Program-made: the position numbers and the translations under genes
Notes under the pieces: model-generated
Database searches by the model: none
Told to the model about the DNA's origin: nothing
Seen by the model: only the letters and a program-made list of their open reading frames with translations
Origin: Chlorokybus atmophyticus
Taxonomy: Eukaryota; Plantae; Mesostigma and Chlorokybus algae
Direction of reading: 5' to 3'
Length of the DNA: 64,000 nt
NCBI GenBank assembly: GCA_009103225.1
Contig: RHPI01003079.1
Coordinates: 176,029-240,028, forward strand
Part shown: positions 25,001-35,348 of the stretch, in pieces
Position numbering within the stretch: the first letter of the stretch is position 1
Layout of the letters: every line of letters starts with the position of its first letter

Positions 25001-25965
25001 TTTACTTGCTCGTGTATGTGGACGACATCATCGTCACGGCCAAGCAAGTTGAAGACCTGAAGCAAACGAAGCACGGATTGCAGCAAGCATTCGCAGTACG
25101 CGACCTTGGAGAGGTCAAGTTATTTCTTGGCATGGTGATAGAGCGTGACAGAGCAGCACGCACAATCAAGATCAGCCAAGAGCAGATGGTGAAGCAACTT
25201 GTCACCAAGTTCGGACTCAACGAAGCAAAGACCAAGTCTACTCCATTGGCACTCGGCACCAACCTCGTCAAAGCGAAAGATGAGGAAGTACTCGACAAGG
25301 CTCAGTATCCCTATGGTGAGCTTGTTGGGAGTATGCTCTACCTAGCAGTGTGCACAAGACCCGACATCGCACATGCAGTTGGAGTGCTTGCGCGCTACAT
25401 GTCTGCACCAAGCATGGAGCACTGGCGTGCAGCGAAGGGAGTATTGCGCTACGTGGCTGGAAGCGCAAGTGTTGGCATCAAGTTTGGTTGCGGAAGCACA
25501 GAGATGGAGGGCTATTGCGACGCAGACTTTGCAGGTGACCTCGATAGCAGGAGGTCCACCACGGCGTACGTCTTCAAGTTGAATGGAGGCGTGGTGAGCT
25601 GGAACAGTAGGCTGCAACCCACAACAGCTGCATCTACTTCGGAAGCGGAGTACATGGCAGCATCGGCTGCAGTGAAGGAGGGGTTATGGCTTCGCAAGCT
25701 GATGGCAGATCTGGAGCAACCGATGGCGTGCATCACGATCAACTGCGACAACCAAGGCGCCATTAAGTTGCTGAAGCACCCCATCGCCTCGACAAGGACA
25801 AAGCACATTAATGTCATGCATCACTTTGTGCGAGACAGAGTCACACGCAAGGAGGTTGAGTTCCAATATTGCAATACGGAAGACATGCTCGCGGACTTCA
25901 TGACGAAGCCACTGTCACCGCTGAAGTTCAAGGCATGTTGCAAGGGACTCGGCATATGTGCTTAG
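22084..25965 (+). CDS. Copia gag-pol polyprotein, 1293 aa, uninterrupted
   Basis: Gag; CHYCGIKGHISKDC knuckle; protease AIDSGCDQHL; integrase HMDVCGP/RSDRGGEY/QNGAAERLNRTL; RT KARLVAKGF/YVDD; RNase H YCDADFAGD/EAEYMA/CDNQGAI; Copia order IN before RT. Confidence 0.98.
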   Translation: MEASYDKGLITKLDTNNYSTWCVEMKALLIHKKMWKYVDPKASAPRAGEESIWLEHSVEAHSLMVLNCKPHHFPMLTACEDGRQAWEKLAAVFQAKNNARKIQLRKQLSALHKETAEPVTKYVARARELWADLINVGHKMEETEVVLAIVAGLPLEYEVVATLLETSSSELTLDDVLPKLLTVEQRVSKKEEQADSVAFYTRDKYKKLSNYEDKNKAKGSNSKFKNLTCHYCGIKGHISKDCRKRQREQSEAGTSSNAQRKEKGVAFTASRKFDTTSWAIDSGCDQHLTPHKEVMENYRKMSTTRKVEGFSGHELEAIGVGEVRLQCKIGDGEREVVLREVLHVPGAAASLFSVRVAERVGAEIVIREGRCSVRMDGVEYMVGTQRGGLYIVEQTHGSKAMIVKEKETAELWHRRFGHLGYSNLTRLVAEDMVKGITGSKEDFQASSTTLCEPCVLAKQHRMPFSSSSSSSKHPCELVHMDVCGPMRIVAKGGVRYFATFLDDYSKLSIVFPLIQKSEVAGAVRTVIALLEIQSGKKMKAMRSDRGGEYINAQLKEFFASKGIRHETTAPYTPQQNGAAERLNRTLLERVRAMLNDTKLEDSLWKEAVLTANYIRNRSPISSEQKTPWELFYGEAPDVSGMRVFGCVAYALVPSQLRHKLEPVSKKGIFVGYEPGSKAYKVLLEDTRKIVVSREVVFHEGSSQVEAEEGFYPQDEDDKAQPEELSSREEVEGEASVINKEQGSSVAGEKQKQQEQARRYPVRERQAPDFYKAHIASVHNDESEEPSTYEEALRAPDAEQWQRAMDDEIASLHANNTWVLEKPPQGVKPIPVKWVFKVKRDGQGNIERYKARLVAKGFLQQEGVDFNEVFAPASKHATFRTLIAMVAAEDLECHHLDVKTAFLYGELEEEIYTKQPPGYAEGEPGMACKLIKALYGLRQAPRVWHIRLTKELEKLGYKASSADPGLFIHEEKKVYLLVYVDDIIVTAKQVEDLKQTKHGLQQAFAVRDLGEVKLFLGMVIERDRAARTIKISQEQMVKQLVTKFGLNEAKTKSTPLALGTNLVKAKDEEVLDKAQYPYGELVGSMLYLAVCTRPDIAHAVGVLARYMSAPSMEHWRAAKGVLRYVAGSASVGIKFGCGSTEMEGYCDADFAGDLDSRRSTTAYVFKLNGGVVSWNSRLQPTTAASTSEAEYMAASAAVKEGLWLRKLMADLEQPMACITINCDNQGAIKLLKHPIASTRTKHINVMHHFVRDRVTRKEVEFQYCNTEDMLADFMTKPLSPLKFKACCKGLGICA

Positions 25966-26023
25966 GTGAAAGAAGACCAAGCGTTGGAGGCCAAGCTGCC
26001 CGCGTGGGAGTGTTGAAGATATT

Positions 26024-26529
26024 CCTACATCCGGTCAGCCTGTCCTGCATACAAGAGAGAAGAGAAGGGACCTCGATGGGAGGACCTCGAAGACTCCGGA
26101 CATGAAGGTCCTGGCGCGGACTGCAGAGAAGGGTCCTAGGAGAATCGTCATATCTCCTAGAATACTCAGTCATTTGGGACGTGGCATAGCTTGTTGGAAA
26201 GCTTGTCAAGTTAGCTACGTGGCACATCTTACAGCGTAGGATTCGGTTCAGTAGATCGGACGCTGTTGCGTTTAGACCTACATCCGGTCAGCCTGTCCTG
26301 CATACAAGAGAGAAGAGAAGGGACCTCGATGGGAGGACCTCGAAGACTCCGGACATGAAGGTCCTGGCGCGGACTGCAGAGAAGGGTCCTAGGAGAATCG
26401 TCATATCTCCTAGAATACTCAGTCATTTGGGACGTGGCATAGCTTGTTGGAAAGCTTGTCAAGTTAGCTACGTGGCACATCTTACAGCGTAGGATTCGGT
26501 TCAGTAGATCGGACGCTGTTGCGTTTAGA
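26024..26529 (+). repeat. 253-bp tandem duplication confined to the C1 3' LTR
   Basis: CCTACATCCGG at 26024 and again at 26277; 3' LTR is 655 bp versus 402 bp for the 5' LTR. Confidence 0.95.
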
Positions 26530-27355
26530 CCAGCAATGTGTACAAACTGTGTACTAACTGGCGGGTATATAACCCCGCAGTTTGTTGGTAATAAATCGGG
26601 AAGTGTGTTGCCTTCTCCTGTGTGTTATTGCTTGCCCTCTTCACTTGCATGCTTGCTTCTCAACAGCATCACCAGCTGAGCTGATGCTGTACCCATACGT
26701 ACTCGACACAGCAACCGGCAGCCGAAACAAGGTGATTGGCATCACCAAGCAAGCCCTCTGCATTCGCTTGACAGGAGTGGACCCTTCCCACAGCACCGAG
26801 GTCATACAGAAGTGTGTGGTCACCGACGCAGGATTCTTCGACCTGTTGCTGGGACAGGACTTCAACTTCCCTGTTAGCATGGGGCTGAACTGCTGGACAT
26901 AGAAGGCATGGTTTCGTCCTCATTGGGATGAAGAGGATGGAGAGGTTCAAGAGTATCTGCCTCTCAAGCTGGTGGCTCGCACTCGCTCTCGCCAAAGGTC
27001 AGCTACAACAGCCACCTACAGGTCGTTGTCGACAACCACTACCAGGTCAGCTGCGACAGCCACCCACAGGTCGGGTTCGACAACCACTGACAGATCATCT
27101 GCGGTGGTCACCCACAAATCTGACCAAGACTCTCCTATCCCATACGACGAGTCTCAGGAAGATGCCATTGAAGACGTGGCCCACCGGAAACCAGCGGAAC
27201 GCCGCTGGCGCGCACATGTGGTCGCACATTTACTACTGACCAGACCACGGCTTACTTTACGGTTCCCTCTTTACAAGGACCAAGCTGCGGTCTAGGAGCA
27301 ACACCTAGTGGCTACTGGAGTAGTGGATGTGTTTCACGTATTCCGCTTACAACAA

Positions 27356-28310
27356 GGCATCACCGTGTTGAAACTATTTGGAGGAATAGGTAGTGGCCTC
27401 GCCGCTGTCCTCAACACCGGCGCGACGGTCACCAAGTACTTCTACTGTGACCCTGATCCATACACATAGTTTGCCCTGGGCCACCACCTGCGCCACCTGC
27501 ACAAATGCTACCCGCAGCAACTGCCGCTATCGGCACTGCAAGGCAATCTGAAGGCATTGCCACAGGACATCCGTATAATCACTGCGGATCACCTTCTGGC
27601 GGTGGGCAACATCGACCTGCTAATAGTAGGTTGGGAGTGTTAAGAACACTCTGGAGCAGGCAGAGGCCAAGGACTCGCTGATCCTCGCTCGCGACTATTC
27701 TGAGAACTGATGCGTGTCATCAAAATCCTGCAGAGCAACCAGCTATCCAGGCCTTTGGGATACATCATCGAGAATGTGCACTCCGAGGACGATAAGCGCC
27801 ATCACGTGGCCAACAGCTTTCAATAGGTGTTTTTTTTTTGGGGACATCCTCTCAGCATCAACGCAGCACAGCATGGCTCTCGTGCTCATTGCGTCCGCGC
27901 CAAGTGGACCAACCTGGCTACAGGCGAGAATCTCTTTGATGCTGCATATCTGCACAGCAGTCGTCCACGCGATCTCACCATTGACGCTATTATGGACCCT
28001 AGGCGCACAGCACAACCAGTCACCCGACACATCACCAGCACTTCTACCAGTGCAGCCAGTCTGGTTAACCACGTCGTGCGCACCCCACTCTGGTATCTTA
28101 TCCAGGATCATACGCCTTCCGCAACCACGGCGAAGACACGGTGTTGGATTCCAACACAGGCCAACTGGAGAAACCCAACGCACGTGAGCGCGAACGCGCT
28201 ATGGGATTCTCTCCAAGCACTATCACAGGATTCACGCTGACCGACAGTCAGCAATGTCAGCTGTTGGGACGCGCCATGAACCAGAACAAAATGGTATGCT
28301 TATTGAAAAT
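27356..28310 (+). pseudogene. G1 C5 cytosine DNA methyltransferase domain (stops and frameshifts)
   Basis: Motif I VLKLFGGIGSG, motif IV IVGWEC*EHSG, motif VI YIIENV, HGSRAHCVRAKWTNL, motif X LLGRAMNQN; colinear with the G2 DNMT. Confidence 0.88.
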
Positions 28311-28315
28311 ATGCT

Positions 28316-30007
28316 TTGCTTCTCAAGGACCGCCATGTGTCCTTCCATGAGCTTGAATACCTGGCGGGGGGGTGGGCTGATCGCGTGCAAGATACCAAAG
28401 CGGCATACACCGCCCTCGAAATCGCCCATATGGAGGAGCAGGCAGCAGTCACTATGGAGGACATCCTAGTAGTCGCCAACGCAACCTCTTGGTCCCATGC
28501 CATTGGACCACTGACTACAGGCCAGACGCGAGAACAACTTGAGGCTCTCCTCAACAAGTGGAGGAGTCAGTTTAGCTTCAGCGTGAAGAAACTGGGCGTT
28601 TGCTCAGTTTACCAGATGGACATCGAGTTGGTGGACACCGAACCGGTGTTGCGACGACAGTACCGCCTCTCCAAGTTGGAAAAAGACTTGGTGGAGCAGA
28701 GGTGCAAGGCTCTGCTAGATGCAGGCCTGATTGAGGAGTCCACATCGGACTTTGCGGCCGCGACCGTCATGGCCCTGAAGAAGGGATCAGCAGGCAACTG
28801 GACAGACCGGCGTATGTGCGGCGACTATCGCCCCCGCAACAACAAAACCCAATAAGACATGTATCCAATGCCTACTGCAGAGGGTATCTTTTATGATGTA
28901 AGAGAATGTACCGTCTTCAGCATCCTGGACATGCGACAAGGGTACAACCAGATCGTCATTAAGGAGGAGGACAAGCACAAGACAAGATTTTTTTGGCGCA
29001 ACCGACAACTGTACTAGTGGAAGGTCATGCCCTTCGGTCTGAAGAATGCTCCTGTCAAGTTTCAGCGCGTCATGGACAAAGCCTTGAAGGGGCTGAACTT
29101 CGCGCAATGCTACATTGACAATATTCTCAAGTTCAGCCGCAGCAACGAAGAGCACCTACAGCACATCGAGGATGAACTGGAGAGACTCCAGGGGGTGGGG
29201 AGGACGGTGCACCCCGACAAGTGCACCTTTTTCACTCGCAAGGTACCGTGCCTGGGGCACATGATTGTTCCCCACGGTGTGTACGTACAGCAGGCAAAGG
29301 TGAAGGCCTTGGCGGCTATCCCTGCTCCAACAAACCTTACACGCCTTCGCGCCTTTCTGGGCCTTGCCAACTACTATTGCCGGTTTGTGAAGGACTTCGT
29401 AAAGATCGCGCGACCCCTCAACGAGCTTCTTAAGAAGGAAGTGGAGTTTGCGTGGAAGGAGCCACAACAGCAGGCGTTTGAGGAGCTAAAGGGCAGGCTC
29501 ACCACCGCTCCCATCCTGCAACGCCCTGACTACACCAAGCCCTTCATCCTCCACACCGACTGGAGCAAGCTTGGGATGGGGCTTGTGCTGGTGCAGCACG
29601 ATTAGAACAAGAAGGAGCGGGTGTTGTTGTACGCCAGCCGAAGCAACAACAGCGCTGAGGCCAACTATAGCAGCTACGAGGGAGAGTGCCTCGCTGCAGT
29701 GTGGGCTATCTCCTTTTTCAGACCTTTCCTCTTTGGTCGCCAATTTCAGCTAATTATCGATCATCAGCCACTCAAGTGGTTGATGACCAACCAACATCTG
29801 ATAGGGAAACTTGCTCGCTGGGCCTTGTTGTTGCAGGAGTATGACTTCGAGATCGACCACCGCGCCGGCCTCACCAACCAGGACGCTGATGGCCTCAGTC
29901 GCAACCCTCACCGCAGTACCAACGATGCAACCAGAACTCGGCCCGAGCTCGGCCCTGCAACAGCAGCTCCCACCGTGGCGGCCTTGGTTGCTGTTGCCGC
30001 GTTATGA
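28316..30007 (+). pseudogene. pol: G1 reverse transcriptase and RNase H
   Basis: RMCGDYRP, FSILDMRQGYNQI, MPFGLKNAP, YIDN (YxDD mutated), LHTDWS, YASR, EGECLAAVWA, IIDHQPL, NQDADGLSR. Confidence 0.95.
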
Positions 30008-30100
30008 TCAGGGTGCTAGATCAACACCACCCCCACTACAACGGCAGAGGAGATATCTGCCCTTGAGTCTACCGGCCCCACAATGACCACACCCCCAGGG

Positions 30101-30604
30101 TGTTGAGGATATTCCTACATTCAGGTCAATAGGTCAGTCGGTCAGCTTTCCCTCTACATAGGAATAGCCGCCAGAAGACGAAGACTCGAGAAGGTCCAGG
30201 CGCGGACATGAGTTGAGAGAAGGTTCCCGGCGCGACGCGGACATGAATCTGGAAGACTCAAGCGTGGTTAGAAGAATGATGACAGCTCGGTGGTTACTTG
30301 GCCATATGGCACGTATGGCGGCATGTTGGAAAGCTCTTGAAGTTAGCTACGTGGAGCAACTTAGAGCGCAGGTTAAGGTTGAGTGTGCTAGACGCAGTAG
30401 CTTTTAGAGTAGAAGCATGTGTAGCTGGCGGGTATAAAAGCCCGGACTTGTACACTCTGAAACACTCTTGTTGGTGTAGAGTCGCTAGTCGCGATGTAGC
30501 ATGTGCATATGCTAAGGTCCTGTAGTGCATGGTTTCCTCATGTTGGTGTTGCTGTTGGCGTGCGCACATGTGTATGTGTAGGCTTCTCATCGTCCATCTC
30601 AACA
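30101..30604 (+). mobile_element. Solo Copia-type LTR (related to the C1 LTR) inserted in G1
   Basis: TGTTGAGGATATTCCTACAT...TCTCAACA; flanks CAGGG / TAGGG (5-bp TSD, 1 transition). Confidence 0.88.
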
Positions 30605-31293
30605 TAGGGGACGTCCACGCGGTCGACATTGAATCGACGACACCGAGCTGGCACCCACCAACACCAGGCACGACATATGGCTGGACCAGCCATCACTCTC
30701 CTTCCTTTAAAGTGGCCAGCTTCCATTCAACATGAGTGCACGAGAAAAAGATCGTGTCAGTCAGCGCACCCGCCGCTATCGGTGGGCGGATGACAAGGTG
30801 TATCGCCGCGTCCATGGCGAGGACAAGGAGGTGCCAACACCAGCCATACGCGAGGGCATCATCGCTGCCCTCCACACTGAGCTTGGACACTTCGGTGTCA
30901 AGCGTACCGTCAGCCTCGTAAGGGCGCAATAATGGTGATATGGGCTGTCCAAACAGGTGCAGGGGTTTGTCAGTCGCTGTCAACAATGTGACATGGTACG
31001 CGCCAGCCTCAACACACGCAGCGCCACCTTGCACCCTCTCCCCATCTCCAATCTATTCCATTGCTGAGGACTCGACATCTTGGGAGACTTCGCACCCTTG
31101 GCACGTGGCAACCGTTGCATCCTGGTCATGCTCGAGCACTTCTTCAAATGGGTGGAGCTGGTGCCACTACCCGACAAGAGCAGCAGGGGGGTGTCTCAAG
31201 CCTTACTCTTGTCGTGCCTTCACTCCGCGTTGCTTAAACTCGTTGTACAACCTTCTTGCCATGCATGTCAGCATGCTGTTGTACACCTCATCA

Positions 31294-31821
31294 TCACACA
31301 ATTGAGAACACCTTTGCATCGCCAATGTCATCGAAGATTGCCTCCGGGATAGGCATGGGGTAGCGATCAGCCTTGGTCTTCTCATTCAATGGCCGATAGT
31401 CACCACACATCCTCCTTGAGGTCCAGTTTCCCTGCGCATCCTTCTTCAATGGCAGCACTGTCGCAGCTGCGAAGTCTGCAATCGACTTCTCAATGAGTCC
31501 GGCCTCCAACAAGTCAGCACACTTGTCCAACACGAACTCCGTCTCCACCTTACTCAGCCGATATTGCCGATGAAAGATGGGCTCAGGAGAGGTCAACTCA
31601 ATGTCCATCGTGTAGAAGTTGCAGACTCCCAACTCCTTGATAGAGTAGGCGAAGCAATTGCGCTTGCGCGCCAATAATGCTTCGAGCCGCTCACGGTGCT
31701 CTGGTGTCACACACTCGCCCATACACCACTCCATGGTCTGGTCGGTAGCCTTCTCAAGCTTCAAGGCACCATCTATAGCCGCTTTCTTGCCACTTGCAGC
31801 TGTCACAGGCGAACAAGACAC
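31294..31821 (-). pseudogene. pol: G2 RT N-terminal fragment
   Basis: RRMCGDYRPLNEKTKADRYPMP...KVFSIV then stops; colinear with G1 28316-28930. Confidence 0.92.
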
Positions 31822-31881
31822 CCCTTTACTCTCACCATCATGTACACCATGCTCCCACCCTCTCGACAGAGGCGCAGGAGC

Positions 31882-33000
31882 CTAACGTGCTTGCTGTCGC
31901 ACCGGCATGAAGGCTGATGCCAACTCTTGTACCGCCAAGCAGACAACCATCAGCCACACCATGCTGTTCTGGTCCATGGCTTGCCCTAGCAGCACTCGGC
32001 GTCGTTGTTCACTCAGTCCTGGCGCCGCCGTCGCATCGGACAAGAACCCCATCGCTCGCTCGCGCTCTTCAGCTGTTGGCTCTTCCAACCTGCTGTGTCG
32101 TGAGTCTCACACCAGCCCTGGCCCACCGTTACGGAATGCATAAGAGCCTGGGTAGGTCACCTGCGTCGGCAACGCTGCCATGTCATGCTCGACCTGGTTC
32201 ACCACCTCTTGAGGCGGCCGATCAGCCTTGCTGACCTGTTGTGCTGTGCGCCCATGCTCCAGCACCTGGTTGACTGTCAAACCTTGCGGTCTTTTATACT
32301 CTTGCTGCACCGTGCGAAGTAACTCGATAGGCGCGAGGTTTGTCCACTTCACACGCAGCCGATGCGCGCGCGAACCATGCCGTGCCGCATCCATGACCAG
32401 CTCATGGCCTAGAACATGTCTCACCAGCTGATAGTCCTCTTTCACGCGCTTGCGCTTATCGTCTTCAGCCGGCACATTCTCCAAAATGTACGCCATGGGC
32501 TGCTCTTGTCTTTGCTGAATCATGTTGATAACACGCACCAACTCCCAAAACAATGATGAGCGCGCATCCATCAATCCCTTCCGATGACCAGCCCGTGAAT
32601 GCCCTTGGCATTCCCACCCCGCTACCAGCAAATCAACCTTGCCGATTGCCGCGAGATGATGTGGCCCCACCAAGCAAATGTCTTGAAGCCATGCACTTTG
32701 GAAGCCCTTCACCGCACTCTCACATAGCAGGTCCGGGTACTTCGTCAACAACACCCTCACATGATGTTGAGCACCTTGCTGTGCCGTTGGCAAAGGGTCC
32801 ACATAGACGTAACGCCGCACCTTAATGCCGGCGTTCAACGCAGCCGCAAGCCTACTTGCAATGCCACCGAACAGCTCTACCATCACAACACCGTCCTCGA
32901 GGACCTTCCACTCAACGGTGTTGTAGTGATAGGCGGATGTACAGCTCGCACACCCTCGGGCAGCAACGGAGGCGCCAATGCCATCACATCTCGTGTCCAC
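31882..33000 (-). pseudogene. G2 C5 cytosine methyltransferase (one break near 32100)
   Basis: VELFGGIAS (motif I), VAGWECQGHS (IV), YILENV (VI), HGSRAHRLRVKWTNL, ERERAMGF, LLGQAMD (X). Confidence 0.92.
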
Positions 33001-33015
33001 GCATGGCCAACCTTC

Positions 33016-33669
33016 TCATAAGCTCGTTGATGCCGCTGAGCACGGTGTTGTGCATCGAACCTTGAATGCTGTGGTAGCACCTCCCATTGCAGTCACACGG
33101 ATCTCCACCGGCTGCACGGTGATGCCTCGCACCGTCTCGACGGTCCCCGCCGAGGTCTTGATCATGAACGAGCAACATGTCTCCCAATCCTTGGAGGTAA
33201 GTAGGCCTAGGCCTGCCACAGCTCTGGAACCTAAGATGACAGGTTGTGCGCCTGTATCTACCAAGACAACATCTGGTACAAAGCCGTCCAGGCTGACGTG
33301 ACCACTCCGGTTGTCTACCATAGCCACATCGGGCGAAATTCTCTCTCTCAAGGCCGGCCGAGTGGCGGGAAGCTGTGCCAACATCGCTCCTATACTCCCC
33401 ATACCTTCCTCCAGCTTGTCTCCAAGCTGAATGAGAGAACTCGACTCCGACGCGGGCCCTCCCGACGCCGCCAGCATTGCCCGCGCAGCCATACGGCCTA
33501 CTTGCGCCATCATATCTCCTTGAGACTTGCTTATCTGGTCATGAGACTTTGTGGAGGCACTCTTCATGGTGTCTAGAGCACTTTGCAACAGCCCTACCAC
33601 CTGCTCCTTGGTGACTCCAAGGTCCTCCAAGCGAAGAAGAGGCAAACCCGACCAGCACCGCCGCGACAC
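33016..33669 (-). pseudogene. G2 aspartic protease region
   Basis: VPDVVLVDTGAQPVILG. Confidence 0.85.
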
Positions 33670-34239
33670 CCTCCAACGGCGCCGTCAACTCCGAGTTTCC
33701 CTCATGGACTTGGGTTGGGGGCTGTTGGTAAAGCATCTTTGACTCCTCTAGAAACTTTACACAAACTTGGAGCAGCTCCTCCACTCTCTTGTGCTCACCA
33801 CCGCTACCGACGCCGACCTCACGTCGCGCCGTTGCCGTAGCAGTCGGCTGCACCTTCGCACCTTCCGGACGCGAACTCTTTTGCTCCAACGGGGTTGTTG
33901 GCAGCAACTCAAATGACTTTGGCATGCGGGCAGGTGGTGCACGCATCCTATCATGATCCACACCCTCCTCGCGGACGAGTGCGGCCTCCTCCTCGACCAT
34001 CCTAGTCGGGGGAGCTGGTGCAGCCCCGCCGCGCGCCGACGCTCTCGTTGTAGCCGCCGCTGACACCTCCGTGCCTCCGTGGAGCGCACCAAATGCAAGG
34101 TAGCTTCCGGAGCTGCTAGGCACATCCCTCCCTCCGCTCTCGGGCCACTTCCCTCGCTCGAGCATGCTCTTCAACTATGCATACGCAGATTGCATAGCCG
34201 CTAGGGCTCTTGTCACCTCTAACATTAAAGGCTCTTCCT

Positions 34240-35348
34240 TCACACCCGAGTGAGCACCGGCTGCACCTCCTCGTGCTTGTGGACGCAGCTCTGGGTGCTT
34301 ACTCCAACACTTGGCCTCGACGTGCCCTCCCTTCTTGCAATGAGAACACACGTCCTTCTTGCCACCCTTCCCACAATTCTTTGCGATGTGACCTTGCTCG
34401 CCGCACGACTAGCATTTGGCACCCGACACACCTTCTACACTCGCGTTGTTGGCGTGCTTGAGCTGCCCGGACTTGCCACCAGCTGCCTTGCTCGCTGCCA
34501 CGGGCTTGGAAGAGCTCTTCTCCTCCGACGCTTCAAGCAACTTCAACCCACGACGCTGCCGGTCGATGTTCTTGAGGTACTCATGCTGAATCTCGGCCGT
34601 CGGCCACCTTGAACACATCCGCAAGCGTGTACGTACCAAACTCTGACTGAGTGGTCAACATGGTCTCCACCTTCAGCCTCAAGTCCCCCTCAAGTTGTTG
34701 AAGGTACACCACCGCCGCGGTCAGATCCGTCATCACCTTGTAGTCCGTGTCCGTCAAGAGCTTGAGCATACGCGTGTACATCATCCTCGCCGTCTCACCG
34801 GTGTGGTACTTGAAGTAGCTCAGCTCGCGAACCTTGGCAGGGGTTGATTGTGGGTAAGTCTTCCTCAGAAGCGCCTTGAACTCAGTCACGGGCTGCTCCT
34901 TCTTCCACTCTGCCTCAAACTCAGCCGGTGCACCCACGCGCAACGCCCTCTCTCGCATCTTCAGCTGCTCCTTGAACTCTCTCCACGTGCTCAAGGCTTC
35001 ATCCTTAAAATATAGAGGCAGCATCTTGAAGGCCTTGTGCTCCTCCCACCCCGACTTGTCGCGGTACTCCCATTTGACCATCTCGCAGTCGAAGCGGTTG
35101 ATGAAGTCGCGTAGGTCCACCGTGCCGGGCCTCCCACTGAACTTCGGTGTGCTATCCATGGCTGAAGCTGAGTCAAACATCACCCCACCCTCGTCTTCGA
35201 AGTCGGACTCCTCGTCACTCGAAGACTCCACCTCTTTAGCGACGCCCTCCACCACCAGAGTGATCGCCCTTCTCGGCGCTCTTCTCTTCGAAGCCGCCTT
35301 CGTGGGTCTCTCGTGCCAGTCCTCACCAGACCGTAGGGGCATGAACAC
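34240..35348 (-). pseudogene. gag: G2 gag with two CCHC knuckles
   Basis: KFSGRPGTVDLRDFINRFD gag-like region; C*SCGEQGHIAKNC and CSHCKKGGHVEAKC. Confidence 0.85.

Larger units (their letters stand above)
21315..26665 (+). mobile_element. C1: full-length, apparently intact Ty1/Copia retrotransposon, 5351 bp
   Basis: LTRs TGTTGA...TCAACA at 21315-21716 and 26011-26665; GCATC TSD; PBS GGTTATGGGCCC at 21717-21728; purine-rich GCGTGGGAG before the 3' LTR. Confidence 0.97.
21240..26900 (+). pseudogene. G1 aspartic protease, split by Copia C1 (21240-21314 and 26671-26900)
   Basis: VMLESGAQPVIIG (G2 has VLVDTGAQPVILG) before the insertion; ...VIGITKQ...FDLLLGQDF after it. Confidence 0.8.

Noticed and set aside
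22416-25866. Antisense and alternate-frame ORFs over the C1/C2/G1/G2 pol genes
   Set aside because: Shadow ORFs of GC-rich coding sequence with no motifs
27356-33000. Bacterial contamination or restriction-modification system suggested by the methylases
   Set aside because: The DNMTs are embedded in Gypsy pol or in intron-containing genes; no cognate restriction enzyme or operon structure
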